The translations under genes and the position numbers were made by a program. Shown one piece after another: positions 25,908-40,080 of a DNA stretch of 64,000 nucleotides (its first letter is position 1; each line of letters starts with the position of its first letter). This stretch comes from Paramecium tetraurelia (lineage: Eukaryota). The notes beneath the pieces were generated by a model. The model was not told where the DNA came from. It saw only the letters and a program-made list of their open reading frames with translations, and did not search any database. The stretch lies in NCBI GenBank assembly GCA_000165425.1, contig CT868563.1, forward strand, positions 62,001 through 126,000, read 5' to 3'.

Positions 25908-26909
25908 ATGTTCCGATCCAAGAAAAGCTCAACCGTTCCGATCAGAACTAAAGAGAAAAGTTCACTTTTGGCTCCTTGTATTAATTGTGAAGAGTTTATA
26001 CCCTTCGATAAGATTGATTATCATGCTTAGTTTTGCAATCAGGTATCTAACAAAGTGCTTAAATATGCAGAAACAAATCTATTTTTCGAAGAGAATGATT
26101 TCAAACTATCCAAATTAAAAGCTAATTTATAAAACAAACCGTATTAGCATATGCAAAGATTATGCAGAATTTGTGAATTGGTTTCCTAAATCAACACAAT
26201 AGGATGCGTAGAAGAGGCTTCTTTGAAAGAATTTGAAAAGGAATTACTAAGCTTGAGTTAGGAACCTAGCCAATCTATAAATTAATCCTTATACATTGAG
26301 AGAATACATTCACTTGTTATGCAAAGGATGAGTATCATTCAAAATCAATTAAACCTTAAGGTCTTCAAACCCACATAATCACAACAACAATTCTATCCTC
26401 AATAAAACATTAATATCATCTCAAATAATTTCAAAAATACCACAGATTCACCCTTATCAACTAGTAATAACAACTTAAAAAATTTAATACAAAATAAATT
26501 GGAATCATCACCTTAAGTATTCAATCGTTTGAACAAACTTGATTATTGTTAATCACCAGATCCGAGAATGACTTACATTACTAAATTTTCTCAGAATAGT
26601 CCTGTATCTCAATTTGGATAAACATAATAACATTAAAAGAGTGAAATTTTGACACATATTAGTGAACAATACGCCGAAAGTATTGATGAATACTCTAATC
26701 CAAAATCCTTTGCTTAGAGATGTTTCTATTCGAAGGTTCTAAATCTTAAATTACATTATCCTCAATCTAATCCAGCATAAAAAATTCCAGTGTCTATTTT
26801 ATGGAGGTAAGTAGAAAAAAACAAAATAAAACCACAAGATTGGGAATAATTTATTAGGAATTGCTTAGACAAACCCTTTTAAATTTTAGACCCTCAAAAA
26901 TTATAATGA
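25908..26909 (+). CDS. Protein with N-terminal C2HC zinc-finger-like motif
   Basis: PCINCEEFIPFDKIDYHAQFC; C-terminal FYSKVLNLKL..WEQFI block. Confidence 0.7.
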
Positions 26910-26997
26910 CTTGAAATTTTAAATAATTTGCTATATTAAACTAAAAAAAATTAACAATTTATATTATTAATTTCATAAAATATATATTATTTTCTAG

Positions 26998-27401
26998 ATG
27001 GGATCAAATTCAGCCAAACCACCTGCTGATGCAAAATATTCTTAATAAGAACTGAACCAAAATTAAAACTAACCCTAAGTCTAACAACCATATATGGGTT
27101 CAAACTAAGATCCAAAAAATCCAAACATCAATTGTAGATCATAATATTATTCTATTAAGAATAGTAACCTGTTTAAGTTTAAAGCGATCAAGAAAGGGAA
27201 GCATTATAGAAATTAGTGCAGAACTCGAAAGAGTACGATATTGTATAGTAAAATTTGATAGACAGATTAAATGAAGTAATGGTTATATTATACAAATAGT
27301 TAGATACAGCCATGGGAACATTTACTAAGGGCTTAAAGGCAAAAAATGATATCCAAGAAGAGATTAACAAAGCTGAAGAGCGTAGGGTTGAATAAATGTG
27401 A
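26998..27401 (+). CDS. Small putatively N-myristoylated coiled-coil protein
   Basis: MGSNSAK N-terminus; short introns; ends EERRVEQM*. Confidence 0.6.
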
Positions 27402-28000
27402 TTTGTAATTTATACATTTCTATCTAACAAAAAAATAATATAATATGTAAGCTTATTTATTATGATTCATGTCATCAGGAATGTACTACTTAAAATCAAC
27501 TTTAGGTTTTCATACCTTAGTGGAATAGAATTAAAAATAATTCTATTTTTGGTTCTTAATTATGATAAAAGTAATTGTAAATATTTTATCATTATTGCAT
27601 TGAGTAATTAGTGAGGAGATATTGAAATATGAGAAAATGTAGATAGATAAGAATCAATATTATAATTGATTTTTAAGTATATATTACATTTTCTAATCCA
27701 ATACAAGAATTTAATGTAAATAATAGAAAAAGGTCTTTCGATGGGAATAAAAGATAAAATGTTCATAGAAATTAAAATTGGTTGAATCTTAGGCTTTTCG
27801 ACAGTTGAATTAAGTGTGAAATGAGAAGTTTAATATTCTACTAATGTATCTATAAAAGAGAGATAATTAGAATTCAATATTATTATTTAATTTTCTGATC
27901 ATTTCCTTTAAGAGTTCCTCAGATAGCATAGGTAAATTAATTAATTATTATCATCCTTTCATACCTGACCATATATTTTTATTATGCATTTAATTTTTAG

Positions 28001-29234
28001 ATGAACAAACAAAATTTTGACATATATAGTTAGCGATTATTCCAGACAAATTCAGCATGGATATCATGTGGATGATAATATAGAGAAAAAAGATAGTAAT
28101 GTCCTAGAACTCAGAGTTGGGTGCGAGTCTATTCAATAGCGTAGAAGTAACACTTGAGTATTTAAATATAGGTGGTTGAATAGAGGAAACCTAAATAAGT
28201 GCTGTAAAAGGAATACGATTCCAGGAGTATAAGATACGCGAATGAAGATTACTCTTATTTAGAATTTGTTGCTGAGCAGATTTTCACAATTAGACACAGC
28301 AGCCTCTATAGCCACTCAATATCCATTATTTAAAATGTTAAGAGGTGTGGCAAAAAAGTTTATGTTTAATGAGTTAGAAATCATATTCTTTCTGCACACA
28401 ATCGAAGAATAGAAATGGAGATACGAGGATTAATTGATTTCAGACTTCTAGCCTTACTTTAAATCAGATTTCTTGAGTAACTAGGAAGTAATTAATTATA
28501 AAATAATTTAAATTAGAATTAGAATGTAGAAGGGTTCAAAAAATTATTATTGTTTCTTATTTGCTGTGGATATACAATCAAATGTTTTTTCAACGATTCC
28601 AATGATTAAGAAATAATCTTAATAACAGATCATATTCAATAATATTGTTAAAGAGAGTAAAAAACACAATTAAATTTATTATAGCTTTAAGAAACAATTA
28701 CTAGATTTGTGGCGGTAGAAACATTTGAATTGTGCATTGAAGATAGTACCCAGAGTCTTGAATAAATTGTACAATAAATTAATGAGAATACAAAAAGATG
28801 GGAAATAAGAGTTTCAACAGGATTACAATGCATTAGTAGATTAAATAATATAGATTTCTCCAGCTTACAATAATTAAGAAGGTAAATAGATAAAGCAAGA
28901 AGTTAAACCGATCTAGTAATAACAACATCAATATCAACCACCTTTAACATTTAGTCAATAGACTCAGCAATCCATTTAACAATAGGCTTTTATGAATGCT
29001 TCAGGATTATATATGCAATTTTCACAATCATAAAATCTCCCGTAATAATAAGGTCAATAAAATTATTTATAAACACCCTTGAATAATTAGGAGTTCTGCG
29101 ATTCGAATATAAATGAAAATCTATTTCTAAATTCAACTAAAATCAAAGAGGAACCACTTTCAATTAAAATCAAAGACGAAATCCCGCCTCCCCCACCCTT
29201 ATTGAGCTTAGCTTCTGGTCGGTTACACCAATGA
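28001..29234 (+). CDS. Hypothetical protein with Q-rich tail, interrupted by an in-frame TGA at 28073-28075
   Basis: MNKQNFDIYSQRLFQTNSAWISCG*QYREKRQQCPRTQSWVRVYSIAQKWLNRGNLNKCCKRNTIPG...; frame continues through short introns. Confidence 0.6.
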
Positions 29235-29282
29235 TATTAATTAAAATTAATTACAATAATTTTAGTCTCATCATATCTATCA

Positions 29283-30366
29283 TTCAAACGCTTGAAATTA
29301 ATACTAGATTCTTAATCTGACTTAACCAAAGAGAAATATTGTTATCCAAATCTAATCTTCACTATTCATCTATTGTTATTTTCAATAACTTTAGATTTGC
29401 TAAATAAAAGCAATATCAAATCTTCAGCAAACAATATGAGAAACATTCAAAATGCTCAATATTTGTTTCATCTTTATCCATCTAATCAGTTACAAACTCT
29501 AAATAATTATGTATATATCCTTAAAATTTTAATCAGCCACAAAGAGCTTTAAATTATTTATACTAAGCTTTTGAAATAGGTAAAAATAATATTATTCTTT
29601 AAAGACTATACTTTGAATCATGAAAGTAATTACTAAATCAAATAATCCTCAAAAGATGATTTTGGAGTGATTTACAAAAATATCTTTAGTAAACATATTA
29701 AAATACTCAAAACTCAGCTACTTCATTTGATTCATATTAGGGACTTAATATTATTTCTTGATTCAATAATTATTCATTATTCAATTGTTACCTGAGCCAA
29801 TTTTCATCGACTTCTCTTGTTTTGAAATTACTGACATCTAATCTGAGCGATGAAACCTGGAATATTTAATTTCATTTACTAGTTTATTAAGCCGACTTAT
29901 TTCACTCTTCAACGTAGATATGATACCTTCCTAATTATTTAATTCTGGAGAGGAGTGTGTTTGATCAAATCTTATATCATTTATGTATTTACTTAAATTT
30001 CAACATTTCAAATTCAATTTAGTTTTATTTTAATTATTCTTACATTCTCAAATTTTAGTCTTAAAGACTTTAAATAAAATGCTTTGTTTCAATATCCTCC
30101 AAAGCATAAATTTCAATTCTGTCTCCAATTTCATTTTCAGATTGGTTTTTCTTATTTAATTGCCATTCAGACACATCAATGTCCTTTGCTTACTAGCCTT
30201 TTTTACAAATGCTCTCATATTTATCTAATAAGATTTGATATTTGCTTTGTAAGTCGTAATAGGCTGTTTCAAATTAATAGTACCTCTCCAACAATTCTTC
30301 TAGAGCCAAGCATTTAGAAGCAAGTTATGATTGAGACATTTTCATAAGTGATTTCAAGTTGGACAT
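29283..30366 (-). CDS. Coiled-coil protein
   Basis: MSNLKSLMKMSQSQLASKCLALEELLERYY...; 3' end approximate. Confidence 0.6.
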
Positions 30367-30888
30367 AATATATAAATTATAAAAAAAATCAAAATGTTAA
30401 AATCGATAATCATATAATAATAATTATTATTATTTTTACATATTTATTAATTTTTATGTCTACTTTGATTCTATACTGCAATTTACATTTCTCTTATATA
30501 TTCTCAATATAAATATATATTATATTTACATTATTTATCAATAAATATATATAAATACCAAAATATAGTATGGATATGAAAGTGAAGTCATTATTTGATC
30601 AATTGAAATGATTATAGATTGTTTTATTAAAAGAAAGTATAATTCATTAAATAGTAAACTTAATTGATTTATTTGAGGTTTATAATTTCAACTATTATTT
30701 TAATCGAAACTTTATAAAATTAGAATGAGCATTAGAAGAATATGGCTAAAAAATAAGCAGAGAAATGAATTGGTGTTAAATTAAAAACGTGATGGGCTCT
30801 CTAACAATTATTATAAAATTCGTTAATTACTTTATTTTATAATAAATTGGGATTTAATATCAACTTTAAATATAGTTTAAACAAAATA

Positions 30889-31806
30889 TCATTTTATTTA
30901 TTTGTAAAGGCATTCCTTTGGTTTTGGATAAAGCTTCTCTAATGATGCTTCATAATTTTAGATTGCTAAATTTTAGTTTGTATCAGTTAGGTATATCCAA
31001 TATAAATAACCATACAGTTTTCCTTCCTATTCTATAAAAATTTGAACTTATTTAATTTTAACATAGAATATTTTTCCATTAAAATTTTACACTTCCATTT
31101 CAAATATTTATTGGTCGTTAGAAACAGCTTCAAATACCTAATTCCAAATTTATAAATAATTGTTGACTCTAATAGCACATGGAAGTGTTTTTGTTTCTCT
31201 CAAATACTCCTCAATCATGTCAATTGTAATACCCATCAAATGGAGAAATTTTATATTATGAGTATATTTTAGTATCACAGATTCATCTCTTTCATGTCGA
31301 AATGTATAGCATTCATAGGGATACTTGGAAGCAAGTTCTTCCACTTAATTTATTTCGAATTATGTAGAAAAGGGGATTGATGAGATTTACTCATATCTTT
31401 ACAGGTATTTGCTCAAATTCGTACATGCCTTTTCCATTTTCATTAATTTCAACATCTGATATATTGTAGATATATCAGCTAATTCAAAGTCTCTCACTTG
31501 AAAATGATATTCCATCTTCTCCTATCTGACTTCAGTTTAATTAACAGAGTATCCGATACTGAATATATTGATCCCTAATTCTCCGAGTGTGTTCTCATTG
31601 AATGTGGTTAAGGCAAATTGTATATTTTCTTTGGTTCTAAAGTATTGTCTCGAGTTAATATTTTTTGGAAATATAAATGAGGTCACAAACTCTTTTGGCT
31701 TAACTATTGAATTTTGAGATGAGTCTTTGTTTTTAGAATTTATTTTCTTTTTTTTAATGCTTTTATCTAGAGGAATAATGGCACACTATATTTTAATCGG
31801 GTTCAT
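30889..31806 (-). CDS. Hypothetical protein
   Basis: Continuous frame MNPIKIQCAIIPLDK...KECLYKQIK*, containing ORF-track segment 31150..31344. Confidence 0.7.
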
Positions 31807-32069
31807 TTTATTAATATTTAAAATAAAGGTATCTTTACAGAGTATTAAATAAAATGTAGTCACATGTAATCATAATTTATTTTATCTATTTTTAGGATAG
31901 AAAAGAACGTAAATAGAATTCATAGCATATACAACAACACATTTTAAATTATCTGAATAAACTCTTTTCCTAAAATTCACTTTATAAATATAATAATTAA
32001 TACTGAAAATATTCGATAACAAAACTTATCCTTATAAGAAATTATTATGATAATAATCTAACAAATATA

Positions 32070-33531
32070 TCAATTCATTTTCTCTAAATGATAACAGACT
32101 TATTCAATAATGTTGTTTATTGGAGCATCTCCTGAAGTCTTGAAAATGACTGAAGCATATTTTACAGTTCCATCAATTAGTTATTTCAAATCCTCCCATC
32201 TTTTCAATCTAAATGAATTGCGATTAAAAATTACCTTAATTGCACAACATCTCTTTTTTCATTAGGAGCTATTATCAATCTAGATTTGACCTCTCTATCT
32301 GCTTCATCAATAGAATTGTAGATTCTTCCAGATATAGGGTCGGTCCTACGCTAGGTTAGTCTCCTTAAGACGATGTCATCAGTAGCATCAATAATGACAA
32401 TTAAAGTGGGCTAGATGTTGAGTTCATTTAATGTTTCCAGTTATTATTAGGTTTTAGGATATCCATCAAGTACATAGCCTTACAATTAACAATCAGTCTA
32501 ATTTATTCTTTCCTTAATGAGAGCATTGATAATTCTATCATCTACTAGATCTCCTTTATTAATTTTTTCGAAGGCTTCCTTGCCAGTAGTCCCTTTTTGA
32601 TTAACCAAATTTGATATTAATTCTCTTGTTGAGATGTAGACAAATCCATATCTTGCACATAAATGTTTAGCTAAAGTAGATCTACCTGATCCTGGAGGTC
32701 CAATGACAAGTATTCTTCCAGCTCTGGTTGGTGCATTGTTATATAATTTATATTTGAGTCTTTACTACAATAAGGTTATGTATATATAATACTGCCATGT
32801 CTTCGAGTTCATAGTGTTTTTCTCCATCAACAGAGAAATACTGATTTTTATAGATTTCCTTAACTTATTTAAGATTCAACTGGTATTCTAATGAATGATT
32901 TCTTGCTAATTCTTCCTTCTAACTTAGTTTGTTGAATGGTTCTGTGTCCAATTTTTTGAGACAACATTGATAGATCTGCTCCTCTGACATTTCCAATATG
33001 AGAAAGGCATCAGGAATGATTCCTTCCTTTTAAAATGCTAAGCCTTAGACTCTAGTTTTAGGGAACCCTTCAAAAATATAGCTCTTCTTTTCATTTTCCA
33101 AATGCTAAATTTGATTTAAAGCAATATTGATAGCAATTTCATCGTTCACATACTGAAACTTATCCAAAGAATCTTAAATTTATTAACTCTATAGATAGAA
33201 TATGTAGTTACTAATTCGGATTTCTTGCTTAACTCTTTTTTGATTAAATCACCAAGGGAAACACAATGGAATTTCATGTATTCAGCAAGTGTAAGGGAAA
33301 GTTCAAGTAATTTGGATCCAGGAGGTCCAATTATGAATATTTTTTTTGCTTTAATGAATGTTGAATAGTACTTTCTGGTTCTTGTAATTTATTGATTAGG
33401 AATTCAATTGGATCATCGGGTTTTTTAATAATAAGAGATTTGAGTAAGTCTTCAAAGATGCTGTACACCTTATTTCCTTCTAAGTATTTCTCTACTTATT
33501 ATTGGTATTATAGCTTATTTGCTTGATCCAT
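32070..33531 (-). CDS. AK8: Tandem-domain adenylate kinase (AK8-like, ciliary) with N-terminal Dpy-30/RIIa-like motif
   Basis: IFEDLLKSLIIKKPDDPIEFLI; IIGPPGSK..FEGFPKTRVQ; VIGPPGSGRS..GYVLDGYPKT..RRTDPISGRIY. Confidence 0.85.
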
Positions 33532-33645
33532 AAGTTATACTTTTTAATGAATATATTTATAATTATAATAGTATAAATGTGGCATTACCCAATTTTTAAT
33601 AATATTAAACTATGTAATTAAGATTGCAAAATTCAAATTAATTAA

Positions 33646-34170
33646 TCATTATTCATCTGAACTTGAATCTGAATCCAATCCACTGATAATAAATTCCTGG
33701 TCTTATTTCCCAGTCACCTATTAGCCACCATTTTCCCTTCTCTCAATAGCTTGTACATTCCTAAGTAGTTTTTATCTCAACTCTTCATCTGCTTCATTTG
33801 AGCTTTCCTCTCCCCTTGAATATTCTTGCTTCCTTTGATCATAATCTTCATAAGGTGTGCTTTATTTTGTTGAAACTTCATTTTTGGATGTATAATTATC
33901 TTGAAGGTGAAACTTCTCAATATGGTTCCTCAAAGGTAGTTTGCTCGTATATTATTTTCCACAATATTAACAATTTGACTTTTCTTTGTTAGAATTATAC
34001 AAAAAATCTTAGTTTTGAGACCTCTTTTTCAGATTTAAAAGTGAACTACTGGTTCTATTCAAACTGCTATCTCCTTGTTTGATCTGATTGAATAGTCGTG
34101 TATACTTGTCAGTCAATAGTTTCTATTCATTGAGGTAATTGCTAATGAAGTCAGCCAACTTATAGTTCAT
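33646..34170 (-). CDS. C2H2 zinc-finger protein
   Basis: CQYCGKQYTSKLPLRNHIEKFH; acidic Ser/Asp tail. Confidence 0.75.
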
Positions 34171-35105
34171 AAAAATAATAACAAATTCCAAAAGGATTTG
34201 TAAAACAAATTCAAGACCAATTATTTATATGATTATGAAAATAAAGTAGCAAAATAATCATCTTATGTGAAACTTCTAATTCAAATAATATTGACTTTAA
34301 GAGTTGTCTATAATAATTTGTTATTGTATTAGTATTAGCTCAATCATTAAATATTAGTTCAACCTTGAGGAACTAGAGATAATTCGCATCCTATCTTAAT
34401 AATCTCTATAGATAATAAACTGAGGATGCTGATGCCAAATTTTTCTTAATATTTCTGAACTTATCAAAATAATTTAGGAAAAGTAAATTTTTATTAAGTA
34501 AATTTAGACCAACACTAGAATTAGATTTCATCTGAATTTTCAATTTTAAATAAAGATTTTGTAATAAATTATAATATTAATTATAAATAAATCTTCTATT
34601 CCTTCAGCTTAAATTATAAAACAAATTTTAATTTAAAATTAATTTAGGATCTACAACAATATTATTAAGCAATATTTAAGTTCAATAAAGCTCCAAATAA
34701 TGAATTTAAATAATTTAAGCTGATTAACAAATTGTGTCTTTAAAATGCTAGCAATTTTTATAATTTTGAATTAGAGTTTGATAGAAAGTTAATCAAAATG
34801 AAGATATACAATTTCAATTAAAACTCTAAAATGCTTGGTGTTTTAAAGGTATTTTTATGATAATAATATTATAATTACATTTAAATATATTAATTTCCAA
34901 ACTATTTTTTTAATTTAACTAAATATATTTATAAGCCAATACATTTTTCATTTTAATTCAAAGTTTTATTTTAAAATAACTTATAATTAAGTTCTAAATA
35001 AATATAAAATGATTTTATACAGTATTTAAAATGCTTAAAAGTTTTGAGAATTGATTATTTATATCGGAAAATTAATCCGTAATAATTAATATTAGTTATT
35101 TAATT

Positions 35106-35462
35106 ATGAAATAGTCGGCAATCGGAATGAATAAATCAGCAAATCTTAGTCGATAATCCTCTTTCACATCTCAAACATCGAATTCGGATAAAAAAAATAA
35201 AACTAATTCATACGTCTCAATATCACCTCGCTTCGATCCAGAAAAGGGGTTGTCATTTGAAAATAGTGTGAAAGAAGTCAAAATCAAATCTCAAGATGTT
35301 GACACAGATCCTTAACAATAGAATCAGAATAAATAAAACTACGGGAAACTCAAGAAATAATCTAGTTTTACTTTAAAAACTTAAAAAGATGATTAAATGA
35401 AAAAAAGTAAGTTCAGTAGAAATCAAAGAGCGGATAGCTTAAGTCCTTAAAAATTACAATGA
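35106..35462 (+). CDS. Small low-complexity basic protein
   Basis: MKQSAIGMNKSANLSRQSSF...ADSLSPQKLQ*, 118 aa open frame. Confidence 0.55.
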
Positions 35463-35994
35463 ATTATATAAATAATTTTTTATTTATCCAAAACATAATT
35501 TCAAATTAAGCCGATTAGAATAATCTCAATGCTTGATTTAGTACTTTTGAATTCTTTGAATTCATAATATTAATGTAATTTTTACATTTAATTTAAACTT
35601 TCATGAAGAAATCTAATTATTATTTAAATAAGTGTTCAATTATTGTATCCAAAATGATAAAGTTGTAATAATTATTTCAATAATTATAAATAATATTTCT
35701 TAATTAGAAGTTTGTTATTTTAGAAATAGAATTAAGCCATCCAAAAATAGTGAAAGCTTAATAAATTTCGAAACTGTCTAGGATTAATGATGAAATTATC
35801 ATTATGATTGTTATTATAAACATAGTGTGAAGATAGATCTTCCAAATTTGTAGAAAATGAAATAATATAAAATTTTAAAAAGATGTATTTGATCAATAGA
35901 ATTATACTTAAATAAATTTATCATTTTGATTTGATTATATACATATTTATATAGAATCTGTTCTATTCTGTGTTAATAATATTTAAATATAAAA

Positions 35995-36682
<688 letters not shown>

Positions 36683-36710
36683 CACAAATTATAACAATAT
36701 TATTATTTAT

Positions 36711-39354
36711 TCAATTTGTCGGTTTGTATTATGTAACAATTATCTAAGGAGCTTAATAATTTGTATAATCTCTAGATCCAATCCTATCAACAATTTGTGA
36801 GGACACATTATCTTCTTTTGGATACAAATTTCTAAGATAGATTTATACATTACTTCTCAAAATCATTAGTGATGATCACTTATTTGGTTGTTGTTGTTGT
36901 ACTATTCTAAATTGGTTAATATTGGTAATTCTAAGAAATGGGAGTGGGTGAAGGTAGATTTTATGAAGAGGATTGATAAATCTTAGATGTTGTACTCTAT
37001 TAAACATAACTTGTAGTTTAAACAATGGGTTATTGTTATTGAATAACAGTAGATGAGGTAGTAATTTATTATTATTGTTATTGTTATGTAGGAGATCTTT
37101 TAGATTATCTTAATTTAACTTCTTATAGAATATTGATTTGAGATTCATATTCAGTAATCTAAATAATAATAATAGTTCTATACCTTTTAAATCATGATAT
37201 TGATTCTAGATTCTTGGTCTCTTTTAATATTTTATAATCTTTCTACTTCTAATTAGAGTGTTTCAATTTAGGTTTCTAGTTCTCTTATTCTTAATTCTTT
37301 TGTTCTTACCTGTTCCTTTATTACCAACACAGTGTTTGTATTAACAGAACTTGAATTAGAACTTAAAGTCATTTCTAATTCAAGTATTCTTTAATTCTTT
37401 TATTAAATAATCTCAGTTAACTCTTTGATTTTTGGTTCATCTGTAAGTACTACAGTTTTTTCAATTAATGATTAAGTATTCCTAGTTTCATACTCCTTAG
37501 TTCTTATTTCAAATTCTCTAATTCTGGTTTCATAAACTGATATTCTATTCTATTGTTCTTTGAGTTTTGCTTCCAACTCTCTAACTTTTGAATCATCATA
37601 ACTTGATTTTAGTTATTATGTTGAAAATTATTGAGATTACAATTCTTTGATTCTTAATTCTAATTCTGAAATCTGTCTATAGTAATTATCTCTTTCTCTT
37701 CTCAATGAATCATCTTATGAATTTCTAATAGAAGTTGTTTGCAACTCTCTGATTTTCATTTCTAATTCTTAAACTTATCTCTAATAGGTATCTCTTTCCC
37801 TTTTCAAAGTAATGTATTGGATATCATTCTCAATGTTAATAGTTGTTACATTAGTAACAGATTTACTTCCCTACTTGATCAAAGCATCATATTCAATTCT
37901 CAATTAATCATATTCTTTCAACCTAATTTCAGTCTAAAAGTAACGATTCATCCAAACTTCAAGTTCTTATTAAAGATTTTACAATTCTTTAGATAAATTT
38001 TCAACGCTCTTATATTTTGAAGAGTTTGAATCTACAATGTCTTTGTATCTAAGATATTTTGCATTTTGTTCATTATATTTAATTGATAATTCTGAATATG
38101 TTTCTTCAAGTTCTTTGATTCTCAAAATAAATGTATCACAATCCTTTTCTAATTGTTCAATTTAAATTTCTAATTTCCACTTTTCTTATTCTATTTCTTC
38201 AAATCTTTCTGAATTATAGACATTAGCTGATAATCTATATCCTTCCATCTCCTGATTTTGTTGATCAATTTTAGATTGTGCAGCTTCCAATTACCTTCTC
38301 AATAAATCTAATTAACTTTCATATTCAGCAATTTATTATTATTGTTGAGACATTTTGGATGATTATTACATATTCATTTACTATGTCATTTATTAACTCA
38401 TAGTAAGACGAGTCCTTTGCATATCCTATTCTTTTTCTCCTAATAAACGATTCAATTAATCTATTCTTGCCAATAACTTCGCTTCTTCTGAATTTTAATG
38501 TCGTGCTTCTAATACTCTACATCTATCCTTCCATACTCCCAATTCATGAATTAATGCTTCTATATCTGCCTCCAATGTATTTACTTTATCATTCTGAGAT
38601 AATTTCACTCTTATTTCTTAACTTTCCATAATAGCAGCGTCATATTTTTCCCTCCATCTTTGAATTTCTAATCGTAATTCTTCAATCAATGATTCTTAAT
38701 CACTTAATTGTTATGATATCAAATCAACACTTTGATATTTTTCAAATTTCTTTTTTGCTTCTAATTCAAATAATTTTAATTTATTTTAATAATACGCTAG
38801 CTGTTTTAATTATTCAGCATTGTCTTTATCTTTTTATTCAAGTTCGGAATATTTACGTTTCCATTACTCAATCTCAATCATTAACTTATCTATCTCTTGT
38901 CTGCTTTTTAACTCACTTTCACTTCTTAACATCATTAATTCTTTCTAAGTGGCCTCCAATTCTTATTATGTAATTAAAAGCTCTTTTCTAAGAATGGTCA
39001 CGTCAGAGCTAGAACTCGATTTATAAGTGGTTACTTCCCTCTTTAATTACTCGATGACTTCTCTAAATATGTGCATTTTAATTACCTCATTCTTAAATTG
39101 TCTTAGATCAACTCTTCATAATGATGTTGTCTTTCTGCCTCTGATTTCTCATAAGTTTTAGTACGCTGAACAACCATGAAATCTTTATCATCAACTTTTC
39201 CAAGTAACTATGTTGAAGCCCAATTTGCTTATTGAGGAGTCACTTAAATGGTTTCTTCCTTATAACGGATCTATTAGGTTTCATATTATGTTGTTTAAAA
39301 TGCCCCAGATTATCCAGACTATCTCATTGCTTAATATGATCTGCTATAATTCAT
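36711..39354 (-). CDS. Long coiled-coil, Q-rich (probably cortical/cytoskeletal) protein
   Basis: MNYSRSYQAMRQSGQ...; heptads with recurring RIQELE/KIRELE motifs. Confidence 0.7.
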
Positions 39355-39367
39355 TATTATTTAATTT

Positions 39368-40080
39368 ATGAAGATACTCTTAGTAATAATTGATGGCGTT
39401 GCTGATGTTGGTATACTCAACTACTACTTCAGGGACTGAATTTAAGACTCAGCTTCAATTAGCTGAAATTAAGACTATGAATCAAATAGCCTCAACCGGA
39501 CTTGCAGGTTTGATGGAACCAGTAGAGCCAGGGCTTTCTTGTGTGACACAGCTCATATAAGTATTTTTTGGATACGATCCGTATACGTTTTATAGAGGCA
39601 GAGAAGCATTCGAAATTATGGGATCCGAAATTGATATGCAAACAAGAGTCATAGTTTTAAATGCAATTTGCCTATGTATAGAGAACACGATTGAGAAATT
39701 AAGTTGATTAGATAGAGAATTCCCAGAATGGGGTCTTGCTCTGATTGATGCCCTCAATTAACGACTCCCATTTAAATACAAGCAAATGATGCTACAGAAC
39801 ATCACATTGGATTAAAAGTAGTTTCAAATGATTATTCTGGTGAATTGGCAGATGAAATCATAGGCACCGATCCACTCAAGATAATCTACCATTGAGATAT
39901 GCTAAAATAAAGATATAAAGCGTAAAAGCAATCAGGACTGTCGAAATTATCAATGAGCTATCCGATGCTCTCCATTAAATGTTATTTGAACATCCTATTA
40001 GTATATATAGATAATAATAAGGACTACTCACAGCTAATATTGAACTTTCTAGAGGGTGTGAGTTTATTTTGAAGAAATAA
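39368..40080 (+). pseudogene. Pseudogene of cofactor-independent phosphoglycerate mutase (apgM/archaeal type)
   Basis: MKILLVIIDGVAD, GLMEPVEPGLSC, DTAHISIFGYDP, YRGR, FKCN, ATEH, GTDPL, HP..R...G...AN...RG, split by several frameshifts not explicable as introns. Confidence 0.85.

Noticed and set aside
27440..27960. Possible minus-strand membrane-protein gene (likewise 46540-47028, 51400-51800, 57675-57900)
   Set aside because: Could not build a consistent exon structure by eye
34200..34860. Possible coding region between the zinc-finger gene and 35106
   Set aside because: All frames examined are interrupted by TGA; at most a gene remnant
35780..35870. ATGATGA box-C-like motif (similar ones near 12600, 40660, 41343, 51743)
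   Set aside because: No CTGA D box at a suitable distance and no recognisable rRNA guide
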